This document shows, piece after piece, positions 19,880-31,523 of a stretch of 40,479 nucleotides of DNA. The stretch lies in the NCBI GenBank assembly GCA_013416795.1, contig RQSC01000033.1, forward strand, positions 49,309 through 89,787, given 5' to 3'. The notes under the pieces were generated by a model. That model had not been told where the DNA came from, searched no databases, and worked only from the letters and a program-made list of their open reading frames with translations. The position numbers and the translations under genes are program-made. The stretch comes from Prasinococcaceae sp. CCMP 1430 (lineage: Eukaryota > Plantae > Prasinodermophyta). Within the stretch, counting starts at the first letter, position 1; every line of letters starts with the position of its first letter.

Positions 19880-22463
19880 GTCCGGGATGATGCTCGCGGT
19901 GCACTCGAAGAAGCCCAGCGGCGACCCGCCCGAGCTGGCTGCCGTCCTGCGGACGTACGCCGAGCGAGTGTACGGCGAGCCCGCCGCCGAGGCGTGCGGG
20001 GGGGACTTCTCCGCGGTCGCAGCGCTGCGCGCGGCCGCGGCGTCGAGCGAGGGCGGCGCAGAGGAGCGGCGCGACGCCATCCTCGCCTACGTGCGCGCGC
20101 TGGGCACCATAGAGCAGCGCTTCCCCATCGGGGACGACCCCGAGCACTGCAACCTGCAGTTCGGGTGGGCCGACAGCTTCCGCCCCAAGAAGGCCGCGCG
20201 CGCCGCGAGCCTGCCCCTCGAGCTCGCGTCGATGGTGTTCAACCTCGGTGCAGCGTACTCGCAGATTGGCCTATCGGCGGACAGGAGTGGGGCGGAGGGC
20301 GTCAAGGTGGCGTGCGCGGCCTTCCAGGCCGCTGCGGGCTGCTTTGCTGTTCTGCGCCAGGACGTGCTGCCGCGCGCGGGCGGCGTGAGGGGCGGCCTCA
20401 CGCCCGACCTGTCGCCGGAATGCTGCGCGCTGCTGGAGAGGCTCATGCTGGCGCAGGCGCAGGAGTGCTTCTTCGAGAAGGCCAGCCGCGACGGCAAGAG
20501 CGCAGGCGTCGTGGCAAAACTGGCGATGCAGGTCGCGGTCTTCTGCGAGGAGGCCGCCGCTGCGATCACGCACCCATCGCTCAAGGACCACTTCGACCGC
20601 GCCTGGGTCGCGCACGTCACCTCGAAGGCGGCGACCTTCAGGGCGCACGCGCTCCTGAGGGTGGCGCAGCAGCTCCGCGCCGACGAAGAGACCGACTCGA
20701 GCTGCGGCAAGCGGATTGTTGAGGAGGTGGCCCGGCTCACGCAGGCGAGGAACGTGCTCAGGGATGCGAAGAAGCAGCTGGGCACCACGTCCGGGGCGTC
20801 GGCATCGGCCGAGGCGCTGCGCGAGCTGGAGGCGACCGTCACGCGCGCGCTCGACGTCGCCAACAAGGAGAACGAGCAAATCTACTTGCTGCGCGTGCCA
20901 CACTCGGACTCTCTGCCGGCGATTTCTCCAGCCTCACTGGTGAAAGGGCCTGTGGCGGCGGCCGCCATCCGTGGCAAGATTGAGCCCGGGGACGACGAGA
21001 CCGCCCTCTTCGCGGGCATCATGCCCGAGTCGTCGACCAAAGCACTGTCAAAGTACACTGTGGAAGCCGACCACGCCGTGCGCGAGGCGCTATCTAAGCT
21101 CAATGCCGCGACGGACGATGCGCGCACTTTACTCGCGACGCTCGACCTTCCCGCTACGCTCAACGCCACCTGTGAGGCGCCGCCTTTGGAGGACGAGCTT
21201 GCTCAGAAGGTGCAGCTCGCGCGCTCCAATGGCGGCGCCGCGGGCCTGCTGGACCTGCAGCAGACAGCCAGTGCCGCGCGTAAGGAGTGCGAGCGCATGC
21301 TGGGCGTTGCCGTCAAGGCCCTCGAGCGCGAACGTGCGGAGGATGACGCGCAGCGCGCGAGGCTCGGTGACAAGTGGATGCGCGCCCCGTCGGACGAGGT
21401 GGCTCGCCCCCTGTTCGAGAAGAATGACAGCTTCTCGGCCAACCTGCTCGCTGCGGGCGACGCCGACGCGAACAATGAGGAGCGCGTGGAGAGCGCCATC
21501 TCGGCCGCCGGCCCTTTCCTCTCGCTTGAGCCAGGCGCGCCGTCGTCGCTGCCCTTGCTAGAGCCCAACATGGTGTCGCTGGGCGAGTCGCCTGCGCAGG
21601 TGGCTGGCCGGCTGCGGGAGGTGATGGAATCGCTGGAGGATCACGCCGCAGGCCGCAGTTCGCTCGAAGAGGAGATCCGCAGGGTGAAGGACGGCGACAA
21701 CGTCGCGCCCAAGCTCATGGCAGTGCGCTCCAGCGGCGTGCAGGCGCTCTTTGATCAGGAGCTCCAGAAGTACGAGCCGCTCAAGGCGCGCGCGGATGAG
21801 GCGGCGCAGCAGGCTACGGCGTCGCTCGACGCGTTGCGGGCGGCGCACGCCGCCTTCGTAGAGAGCTTTGACATCGAGGGCTGGCGCAAGGCTGTGGCCG
21901 CAAAGCAGGGAGCGCTACGCAACGCGCTCGTGGATTTTGACACGGCGCGAGACGCAATGGTCGAGGGCGTCACCTTCTACACTACGCTTCAAGAGGCACT
22001 GCGCGAGCACGTGCAGCGCTGCTCAGATTGGGAGCTGGCTCGCAACGCGCAGAAGCAAGACATGCTCAACCAGATCACCACGTCGCTTGCGAGTGCCAGC
22101 CTGGCGGACCAGCTTCCGTCGCCGCCTTCCGCAGCGCCTGTAGCGCCGCCATCCCCCGCGAGTGAGCCGCCGCCGGTGGCCCAGCCGCCCGCCAGCGTGC
22201 CGGCACCGACCAAGCTCGAGCCGGTGGCTCCATCTGCACCGCCGATGGCTGACCTCCTCAACCTTGGCGACACTCCGCCTGCACCGCCAGTCGCGCCTGC
22301 TGCACCCGCCCCGGAGCCTCCAGCTCCCGCACCGGCAGTGCAGCAGCCGGCGGCGCCTGTCGCCCAACCGCCTCGACCACCAGCGGCCGCATCACCCCCC
22401 CCGCAGCCTTCTTCCCCGCCGCCGCAGCAACAGCAGCATCTGCTTCCACCACCGCCGCCACCT

Positions 22464-22507
<44 letters not shown>

Positions 22508-22748
22508 GCAACAGCACGCACACTACGGGCACTACGCCCCTCATCCGGGCTACCCGCAGGCTCCGCCGCCGCCGCAGCAGTACTATCAGCAGTACGCCGG
22601 ACCGCCGCCGCAGCAGCACGCCGGGTACCAGCAGCCAGTGCAGTATGCCCCGCCGCCGCAGCAGCAACAGTACTACAAGCAGATGACGCAGCAGCAGTAC
22701 CCGTACCAGCAGCCGCCGTACCCATACCAGCCCCCGCCACAGCGGTAA
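19878..22748 (+). CDS. ALIX: ALIX / Bro1-domain ESCRT accessory protein (Bro1 + V domain + proline-rich tail)
   Basis: MLAVHSKK N-terminus, QFGWADSF, ELASMVFNLGAAYSQIG, LMLAQAQECFFEKA, ANKENEQIYL, EGVTFYTTLQ, Pro/Gln/Tyr-rich tail. Single exon, 956 aa. Confidence 0.95.
22463..22505 (+). repeat. (CAG)n polyglutamine tract in ALIX
   Basis: About 14 CAG units in frame. Confidence 0.9.
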
Positions 22749-22936
22749 AAGAAATAACTCGCGAATGTGACGCACACACATTTTTAAAGACGAGCAGGGA
22801 AGCGCGCGGCATGAGCGCCGGCGGCATGGCCGAGCGCGGAGGTTGCACACGCGCGCTTCTGCGACAAATTCTCGACCAGTGCGTGTGTGAGGCGTGCACC
22901 GCGATGTGCGCGAGATACATTTATCAAATTTGGGGC

Positions 22937-23977
22937 TCACTCAGCCTCGGCATCGGCAGCTTTGGCCTCCTCGACGTCCGCATCCTTGTCGGCTGCGGGC
23001 GCCTCCGCCGCCGCGGGCTCCGCCGCCGCGGGTTCCGCCGCCGCGGGCTCCGCCGCCGCGCCTTCCTGCGCCGCGGCGTCTGCAGCGATCTCCGCATTTC
23101 TCGCTTTGGTCGCCGCGCGCTGCTCCGCGCGTTGCTCCTCGAGCACGTCGAGGGGCGTGCCGAGTGTCTGCAGGTTGTACTTCTCCCGCGCCCTGTACTT
23201 GGGCACGATGGTCAGCAGCGCCGTGTTCTTGAGCACCTGCACCACGATGGCCACGTCCGGCTTGTCGAGGTCTACCGTGTGGCAGTCTGGCACCATTTTC
23301 GCGAGGCCGTCGATGATGTTCATCTTGTCGCGCTTGAGCTCGCCGTTGGAGCGGCACTCGAACACGACGGCATACTTTTTGATCGCATCGCCCTCCGCAC
23401 CCGCGGGCAGCACCGCCTCCACCAGCGGCTGCATCGCCTTCACGATTTCATCGCTCTTGGCGTAGCATGTGTCCACGATGGGGAAGAATCGCAGCAGGAA
23501 GCGCGACACCGGAGAGCGGCTCGTCTCCAGCGAGCTCATCACGCTCTCCGCGACCTCCTGCACGGTCGGCGAATCTCCGGGCATTGGCACCCACAGCACA
23601 CCGTTGCTGATCTTCTGCCAGCGAAAGTTTCGCTCCTTGCCTTTCTCCTTCAGCTCCACGAGCTCGGCCTGGAGTGCGTCGGCGACGCTGCCGCCTGCCG
23701 CCGGCGCGTCTGTACCCGCATCCGCGCCCACATCCCCGCCCGCTGCAGCGCCCGCGCCAGCGCCTGCGGCGAGCTTCTCGTAGTGCTCCTCGAGGATCCT
23801 GTTGAGGTCGCGCCCGCCCTTGCCCTCGTAGCCGCTCATGACCGTGCAGAAGAACCCCTTGGAGTGAAAGCCGATGTCGTGCCCCTTCCCCTTGCCGGCC
23901 GTGTGGTCGACGTACTTGGCCTTCTTGTTGCTCCTCCCGCCCCCGCGGAAGCCGCCGTCACGCTTGTCGCCCCCCAT
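22937..23977 (-). CDS. THUMPD1: THUMP domain protein (THUMPD1/Tan1-like tRNA acetylation adaptor)
   Basis: KGFFCTVMSGYE, SRFLLRFFPIVDTC, KYAVVFECRSN, HTVDLDKPDVAIVVQVLKN, KYNLQ. Confidence 0.88.
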   Translation of the reverse strand: MGGDKRDGGFRGGGRSNKKAKYVDHTAGKGKGHDIGFHSKGFFCTVMSGYEGKGGRDLNRILEEHYEKLAAGAGAGAAAGGDVGADAGTDAPAAGGSVADALQAELVELKEKGKERNFRWQKISNGVLWVPMPGDSPTVQEVAESVMSSLETSRSPVSRFLLRFFPIVDTCYAKSDEIVKAMQPLVEAVLPAGAEGDAIKKYAVVFECRSNGELKRDKMNIIDGLAKMVPDCHTVDLDKPDVAIVVQVLKNTALLTIVPKYRAREKYNLQTLGTPLDVLEEQRAEQRAATKARNAEIAADAAAQEGAAAEPAAAEPAAAEPAAAEAPAADKDADVEEAKAADAEAE

Positions 23978-24455
23978 GGTGCGCGCAGGCGTGGGGGCGT
24001 GGGGGCGGGTCGGGGCCGGATACGTCTGATGTGAGGGACAGCGAGGGCTCACAGCCACGCAAAGGGAGGAGGGGAGCGCGCGCCGCGGGCTGTGGCGCGC
24101 ACAAGCCTGCGGCCGCGTGCACCGCGGCGGGCGGCGGCCGAGCGGCCGCGGCGGCGGCCGGCCGGGTCGCGGCGCGTCGCCCCCTATCAAAATGCGTTGA
24201 GACGGCGCGATTTAGGTCAAAATGCATTCGCACGGCGCGGGCGATCTCTAGCGCTCGAGATCTCAGCCTCTGCCACACCGCGCGCGCGCACTCGCGCGCG
24301 CGCGGGCGGGCGTAGGGACCGAGGAGGGGTGGGGTGGGGGGCGAGGGGGCACCGCGCGGCGTCGAGAGCGCGCGGGAGTGAGTGGGAGGGAGGACTGGGA
24401 GAGGGCTAGGGGGCCGGGGGCTGGAAGGGGAGGTTGGTGGGCAGCTCGCGCGACG

Positions 24456-25244
24456 ATGTGGCCGTTCGCGGCGAAGCCCGTCGTGGCGACCATCGGCCCG
24501 GACAACCCGCCTGTGCCACCGCCGCCCGTCGTGCGGCGCGAGGAGCGCAAGCCGCGGACAATCCGGCCGTTCGTGCCGCCGAGCCCGGAGCAGCTCCTGC
24601 AGGAGGACATCATGAACCACCCGCTCACGCGCTTCCTGCTCTCGGGCGTCATGGGCGGGGGTATGGGCGCGCTCTTCGGCCTGGTCATGGGCGGCACCGA
24701 CCCGATCACGCCGGAGGCCGCCGAAGCCATGAAGAAGACGCCGTGGAAGTCGCAGGTAGGCGCGCGCGCACGGGAGGGCGAGTGTGCAGGCTGCTTTCTC
24801 ATGCGCGGGGCTGGCGAAGGGCGCCGCCGGAGAGCTCTGCCTTGCGCCCCGGCGCTGCGCGGCCGCGTCTGACGGCCCAAGCGCCGCGGGCGCTGTCCGC
24901 CCTACCCGACTCGCACCCGCGCACCCCTGCGCGCGCGCTCCGCCCCCGCTCACTCGCCCCCGCCCACCCTCCTCCCGCAGATGTACCACCACTACAAGAA
25001 GGCGATGCAGCGAAGCTGGAGCTATGCCAAGGGCTTCGCGCTCTTCGGCGCCGTCTTCGCTGGCTCGGAGGCCGTCATCGAGACCGCTCGCGCCAAGCAC
25101 GACCTATACAACTCGGTCAGCGCGGGCTGCTTCACGGGCGCGAGCCTCGCCGTCAAGCAGGGGCCGCAGGCAATGTGCATCGGCTGCGTGGGCATGGGCA
25201 CCTTCTCCTACTTCATCGACCGCTTCTTCGAGGGCCACGAGTAG
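24456..25244 (+). CDS. TIM22: Mitochondrial inner-membrane translocase TIM22 (Tim17/22/23 family), 2 exons
   Basis: Exons 24456-24755 and 24981-25244. SGVMGGGMGALFG, YAKGFALFGAVFAGSEAVIETARAKHDLYNSVSAGCFTG. Confidence 0.9.
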
Positions 25245-25656
25245 CGCGGCGCAAGCGCCCCCCCCCTCTCGCCCATCCAATTCTTGCGTCCTTCCCCTAC
25301 CCCTCCGCCCTCATGATTTTGCCTCTAATACAAACGCAGCTCCGAACCGAACGGCCAGAGATGACGACGCTGTCCGCTATCCCAGACCCGGTCATCTCGG
25401 TCGACCCGGGGCATCGCCAGCCCCCGCGTTCCGTTCCTCCGGGCACGCAGGCACCTTTTTTTCACCTCTTTGTCACCGAGGCAGGCGCCGCCGGGGGCGA
25501 TTTGTGGCGGCTGCCGCCCCGCCCGTGCAAAAACGCGGACCAATGCGAGGCGCTCCGCGACGTGCGTGGTCGAAGCATATTGAAATTGGTTTCCCGCAGC
25601 TGATTTCGAGCGCCGTTGATTGCGCACCCTTTTTTTTTTGCGCGCCGCGGCGGCAA

Positions 25657-25697
25657 TGCGCGCGCTCGCGCGCCGCGCCACAGCGCGAGGGCGGCGC

Positions 25698-25751
<54 letters not shown>

Positions 25752-28700
25752 ACTCGGCCTCGTCGCAGCGGTGGCACGGGCTGCGGCTGCGCCGATCTCT
25801 CCCGGCGAGAGTCGCCGCTGCCAAGTGCGAAAAACGCCCCCCAAAAATGCACAGCGCACACCGCACTCCGCAGGACGCGCGCCCCTGCGCACGTGCTGCG
25901 TGCTGTGCGCGTGCTTCCGACCGCCGGTGACGCCCGAGCCTGTGCTGACGCTGCGAGAACGCGCTTCGCGGCGCCTGGTGCCGCCTCGCTCCGCCTGCAG
26001 CGGCGGCGATCAATGAGGCTGCCGAGGCGCGCGCTCCCGCCGATATCAACGCGGTGCAGGTGCGGTCGCGCGCGTTGCGATGCTCGCCGCGCTGCGCGCG
26101 CTCGCCGGCGGGGGCCAGGCTGACAGCATTGCGTGCTTCTGGCGACGTGCAGCGCACCTTGGATCTGGACGGGCTCGACGCGCGCGCTGCTCCTGCGGCT
26201 GCTGCAGCTGGCCCCTCCACGGCTGCCGGCGGTCCCGCGTCACCGCTGCTTGGCGATGTCGCGACGGCGCTGGCTGGGGGACGGCCCATCACAGAGGGCG
26301 AATTTGACGCATACGTCAAGGCCCTCCGCGAGCAGGTGGTAGACAGGGAGGGCGACAGGGCAAAGGCGCTCGCGGCCAAGTTCCGCGCGCAGGCGGCCGG
26401 CAAGATGCCCATCGAGGGGACGCCCGACTTCGGGAGAAACCCTAGGGGAGCGGCGGCAGCCGCGCAGACCCCCGGCGCTGCCGCGGCCGTGGCGGCGGCT
26501 GGCTCGGCTGGGCCTTCGCGCATCAACAACGGGCCTGCGGCAAAGTCGACTTACGAGCTGGGCATCCGCACGGCCGAGCGCCTCGCAGCTGCGCGTGCGG
26601 CAGTGTCGGTGCCGTACTCGCCGTACTATTCGAAGCCCCGTGCCCGCCACTCGATCGGCGGCGCGATCCTCGGTGGCCGCGGCGCGCTCGGTAGTCCCAG
26701 CGAGGCCGACGATCTGAGCATCCAGCTCGCTGGCGCGAGCGCCAGCGCGCTCGGCAAGCACGCTCGCAGGGTCGAGCAGGCTGAGGCCGCCCCCTCGGCC
26801 AAGCGCCACAAGACCGGTGTGCCGCGCCGCCAGAGCGTCGGCCTGGGTGGGCCCGTGGGGCTCGGGGCATTTGGAGCGGCAAAGAAGGCGCGCGGTACCC
26901 CCGTCGTCACTTCCGACGCGGCCAAGCGCATTCTAGAGACGCTTGACAACCTGGCGTCGCCGTTGGCCGTCGCCGGCTCCCCGACCACCCAGCCACCGCC
27001 GCTGCCGCCCGTGGAGTCGCTCGGCGCGGTCGCGGCTGCGCGCAATGGAAGCGCTGCTGTGACCAGGAAAGTGCTTCCTGAGACGCCACTCCAGCGCCTC
27101 GGGCAGGCGTCGTCAGCCTCCAAGGGCGGCCTTGCGAGGCTTCCGTCGCCCGTCGGCGCGGTGGCGCAGGCATTGCCCGCGACACCGATGTCCGCGGTGA
27201 GTGCTCAGTCTGCTGAGGACATCGCCCGCGCGGCGTCCAAGGCCGCTGCCGAGGCCGTCAAGGCTGCGTCGCAGGTGCCGCTGCCGGCTGACGACCACGA
27301 GGGCGAAGACACGCCGAAGGCGACCAGCCCGCCGGCGGCCACGACCGCACCCGCTGACCAGCCGGCCTTGGGCTCCAGGGAGGCTCCGCCGCTGGCCATC
27401 CAGGGCTTCTCGCCAGTGAAGGCTACCTTTGCTGCCCCTGCTGCCGCAGCGCCGGCGACCCCTGCCAAGGTGTACATCTTCTCAGCGACGGAGCCGTTCG
27501 TAGCGTCCGCTAGCAACGTGCAGGTGGACTTCGTGCCACGCAAGTATACTTTCGGAGAGGGTGCCGTAGATGAGCCCGCCAAGAGCAGAGCGCCCCCCGC
27601 GAAGCCCGAGGCCGCATCTCCTATTGCGCCAGCGCCGAAGGCGTCCTCGCCGGCGGCTGCCCCCTCCGCTGCCCCCGTGACGGGTGGCTGGGGCGCGGCG
27701 TTTTTGCAGAAGAACAAGGCTGATGCCGGTGAGGCTGCAGACGCGGTGCAAAAGGAGATCGAGAAGGCCAAGAAGGCGGACGGCGACGCTCCCGCCAGCA
27801 GCGGCGCGGTCTTCAAGTTTGGCGCGGGTGCGCCCGCTGCTGGTGCGGCCGCGCCAACCACTGGCGGCTTCCTCTTCGGCGCCACTGCCGCCACCAGCGG
27901 CGCCGCGCCCGCCTCCGGTGGCTTGAAGTTCGGCGGCAAGGAGGACGACAAACCGGGCGAGCCAGAGCCCACGAAGAAGGACACCGACACTGCGAAGGCG
28001 GCCGACACAACGCCTGCAGCGAGCGGATGGGGCGATGCGTTCCTTGCCGCCAACAAAAAGAATGCGAGCGAGGCGGCCGATGCAGTTGCCAAGGAGATTG
28101 AGAAAGAGAAGAACAACGCCGGCGGTGCACCCGCGCCCTTCACTTTTGGCAGTGCCGCGACCGCGCCTTCGACCGCTCCGCCCGTGTTTGGCGCTCCAGG
28201 CCCGGCAAAGGAGGAGCCCGCCAGCGACACGGCCGCAAACAAGGCCAGCCTGCCCAAGTTCGGCGAGAGCACCGACGCTCCCGCGGGGGCTGCGCCGAGT
28301 GTGTTCGGCAGCACAGCGCCAGCGTTCGGCGCGCCGATGTTCGGCGCGCCGAAAGGAGACGGCCCGGCGGGTGACGCGGCCAAGGCTGCTGAGCCCGCCG
28401 CGCCTGTTTTCGCCTTCGGTGCGGGCGCTGCGGGCGAGAAGGAGGCCGCGCCTGCGCTCTTTGGCGCCGCGTCGGCCGCTGAGAAGAAGGACGCGCCGCC
28501 CGCGCCGTTCGGGGGAGCACCTGCTGCGGAGAAGAAGGACGTGGCGCCTGCCTCGGCGCCCGCCTTCACGTTCGGTGGCGGCGCTGCGCCGGCAGCTCCC
28601 TCAGCTCCCAAATTCACCTTTGGCTCGGAGTCGGCCAAGGCCGATGCAGCACCTGCAGCACCCTTCGGCGCCGCCCCGTCGGCCGGCGTGTTCGGAAGCG

Positions 28701-29656
28701 CGCCTCCTGTGCCTTCGGGAGACAAGCCCGCCGAGCCAGCCGCTGCTGACAAACCGGCCTTCACCTTTGGCGCGCCGAGCGCGGCCGCGCCATCTGAGGA
28801 GAAGAAGGCGGCGGACACGCAGCCTTCGTTCACCTTCGGTGCGGGCGGGGCAGCCGCGTTCACCCCGGTTGCTGCGCCCTCCCCGGCGCCCGGCGCCGGC
28901 GCGAGCTCTGGCGCCCCTGCCTTCACCTTCGGTGCTTCTGCGCCAGTGGCCGCCGGGGCGGCGCCAGCGGCGCCGACGGCGCCGGCGCCGTTCGGAGCGG
29001 CCGCCGCTACCGACGCGGCGCCGACGGGCTTCGGCACCGCTGCCTCGGCTGCGCCGGCGTTCGGCACAGGCGCTGCGAACCCCTTTGCAAGCGCTGCGTC
29101 CGATGCCGCGCCCGCCTTCGGGTCGGCGGTGGGCACCCCGGCCTTCAACGCGGCCGCGCCTGCAGCGCCCGCGTTTGGCAGCGGTGCGCCCGGCAGTGGC
29201 ATGTTCGGGAACGGCGGCAATGCAGGCAGTGCGGCACCTGCCTTCGGTGGCGGTGCGGCGGCACCGGCGGGCGGATTCGGCGGCGGTGCGCCCGCGGGCG
29301 GGTTCGGCGGCGGTGCGCCTGCAGCTCCGGCTTTCGGCGGCGCGGCGCCTGGGGCACCCGCGTTCGGCAACGCGGCGCCCGCAGCGCCCGCGTTCGGCAA
29401 CGCAGCGCCTGCGGCGCCCGCGTTCGGCAGCGGCGCGCCAGCTGGAGGCATGTTTGGAGCCGGCGCTCAGGCCGGCGCACCCACTGGCGGCTTCGGCGAC
29501 GCTGCCGCGGGCGGCCTCTTCGGCGGGGGTGCGGCGAGCGCCAGCACGGGCAGCCTCGGCGGCATTGGTGGTGAGGGCATGACCATCGGCGCCGGCGGAG
29601 GGGCTGCGCCGAAGCGCAAGGCAATCAGGGGGAAGCGCCCACCCAAGCGCCGGTAG
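25657..29656 (+). CDS. NUP1: FG-repeat nuclear-basket nucleoporin (NUP1/NUP136/Nup153-like); 5' exons tentative
   Basis: Many FTFG/FKFG/PAFG repeats and a basic C-terminal tail KRKAIRGKRPPKRR. Probable introns 25825-26000 and 26060-26152. The first exon crosses a 50-G run, so its frame is uncertain. Confidence 0.8.
25700..25749 (+). repeat. Poly-G tract (50 nt)
   Basis: Read directly; length may be an assembly artefact. Confidence 0.9.
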
Positions 29657-29773
29657 CAGCTCACCCACATGGCCACAGCCGTTGGCAGGTCTCGATCGAA
29701 GCAGCGGCGTCTCTGTAAACCCAAACTTATTGTTACTCTACGTACTCCAATCCGCTGCACGACGGTTGAAGCA

Positions 29774-31102
29774 TCACGCGAGCATGCGCTTGGCGATGAT
29801 CAGGCGCATGACCTCGTTGGTGCCTTCCAGCAGTGTGTGCACGCGCAAGTCGCGCACATAGCGCTCGATCGCGTAGTCCGCCAGAAAGCCATATCCTCCG
29901 TGGAGCTGCAGAGCATCGTTGGCCACCTGATAGCAAGTGTCTGTGGCGAAACGCTTGGCCATGGCGCACGCGGTGGTCTTGCCGGCGTCCTTGCTATCGA
30001 GCGCCTCGGCTGCCGCGCGCACCATGAGGCGGCTCGCCTGCACGCTCGTCTGCATGTCGGCGAGCTTGAACTGTGTGTTCTGGAAGCTCGCTATGGATTT
30101 GCCGAACTGCTTGCGATCGGCCGCGTAATTCTTGGCGGCGCCGACGCAAAAGTCCGCTCCGCCCACCGAGCACGCGGCTATGTTGACGCGCCCGCCGTCG
30201 AGCGCGCTCATGGCAATCCTGAATCCCTCGCCCTCGGCGCCCAGACGCGCGTCCTCGCCTACTCTCACGTCATCCAGCAGCATGGCAGCCGTCGGCTGCG
30301 AATTCCATCCCATTTTCTTTTCATTAGCCCCGAACGACAGCCCGGCGGATCCAGCCTCGACGACAAAGCATGACACGCCCCCGGGGCCATCGCCGCCCGT
30401 GCGTGCCATCACAACGTACAGGTCGGACGCGCCGCCGCCCGATATGAAGGCCTTCGCGCCCGACAGGATGTACCCACCGCCGGCCGCATCGCGCCGCGCG
30501 GACGTCGACAGCGACGCGGCGTCGCTGCCGCTGCCAGGCTCGGTGAGGCAGTACGACGTGAAAGCGTCGAGCTGCGTGACCGCGGGCAGGTAGCGCTCTC
30601 TTTGCTCCGCGCTGCCGTACGTGTCGATGATCCACGCGCACATATTATGAATAGTCAGGTAGGCGGTCGTGCTAACGTCATGCGACGCGAGCTCCTCGAA
30701 CACCACCGCGGCGTCCGCCCGCGACGCACCGAGACCGCCAACATCCTCAGACACGTACATGCCCGCGAAGCCGAGCTCAGCGGCCTTCTTGAGCTGGCCT
30801 TTGGGAAAGTGCTTCTTGGCGTCCCACTCCGCAGCATTGGGGAAGAATTCGGCCGCGCCGAAATGCGCGGCTGCCTCCTTGAATTCGGCCTGCATCTCGG
30901 TGAGGCCGCCCTCGACGCGGTCCGCGCCCGCGCCGGCGCACATGTCGCGCGTCGCCGGCGCGACGCTCGACCCCCGTCGCCCGCCCGCCCTCGCCTTCGG
31001 ACCCGAACCCCGCCTCGGGCCGCCGGTCTGCCCCCCCGTTCCCTCCCCTCTTCCTCCCTCGCGCACGCCGGCGCGCTCGACCGCGGGCATCGCAGGGTGC
31101 AC
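29774..31102 (-). CDS. ACAD8: Isobutyryl-CoA dehydrogenase-like acyl-CoA dehydrogenase; exact start uncertain
   Basis: CLTEPGSGSDAA, KAFISGGG, EKKMGWNSQPT, LDGGRVNIAACSVG, QLHGGYG...ERYVRDLRVHTLLEGTNEVMR. Confidence 0.92.
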   Translation of the reverse strand: MHPAMPAVERAGVREGGRGEGTGGQTGGPRRGSGPKARAGGRRGSSVAPATRDMCAGAGADRVEGGLTEMQAEFKEAAAHFGAAEFFPNAAEWDAKKHFPKGQLKKAAELGFAGMYVSEDVGGLGASRADAAVVFEELASHDVSTTAYLTIHNMCAWIIDTYGSAEQRERYLPAVTQLDAFTSYCLTEPGSGSDAASLSTSARRDAAGGGYILSGAKAFISGGGASDLYVVMARTGGDGPGGVSCFVVEAGSAGLSFGANEKKMGWNSQPTAAMLLDDVRVGEDARLGAEGEGFRIAMSALDGGRVNIAACSVGGADFCVGAAKNYAADRKQFGKSIASFQNTQFKLADMQTSVQASRLMVRAAAEALDSKDAGKTTACAMAKRFATDTCYQVANDALQLHGGYGFLADYAIERYVRDLRVHTLLEGTNEVMRLIIAKRMLA

Positions 31103-31523
31103 GGGGGGGACGCAGAGCCGTTACTCGCCGCAAATTGAGCGGGAGCAGCAGCAGCAGCGCGCTGCAACATCCCGTCACATCCACGCCGCTCCGCATTGGA
31201 CGTTGCCAATGCAGCGCACGCATCGGATGCGGATGCAGCGGGTGCAATCAGTGCTGTGCACTTGCATTGCAGTGGGTGGACAATCAGTCCTCGACCGCAG
31301 CGCACATCCAACGGAGCTGCCGAGTTGGTTAGAAAGCGTTTCTTTGAACTTCGTTATCGTTATTGCGCGCGTAGGTTCGTTCCCCCGATCGGTCTCACGC
31401 CATCGATTCGAACGCATGTGTGCGCGCGCCGCGTGAGGTTTTGGTTTTGCGACAAAAAAAAATGTGTCACACCGCAGCGCGCGCGCAGCATGACGGCAGC
31501 GCCCCTGAGCAGAGGCGACGTCG

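Noticed and set aside
27205-29451. Long antisense ORFs (748 aa opposite NUP1; similar ones opposite GCKR, THUMP, ACAD8 and LRR)
   Set aside because: Expected shadows of high-GC3 coding sequence: low-complexity Ala/Ser/Pro translations with no domains.
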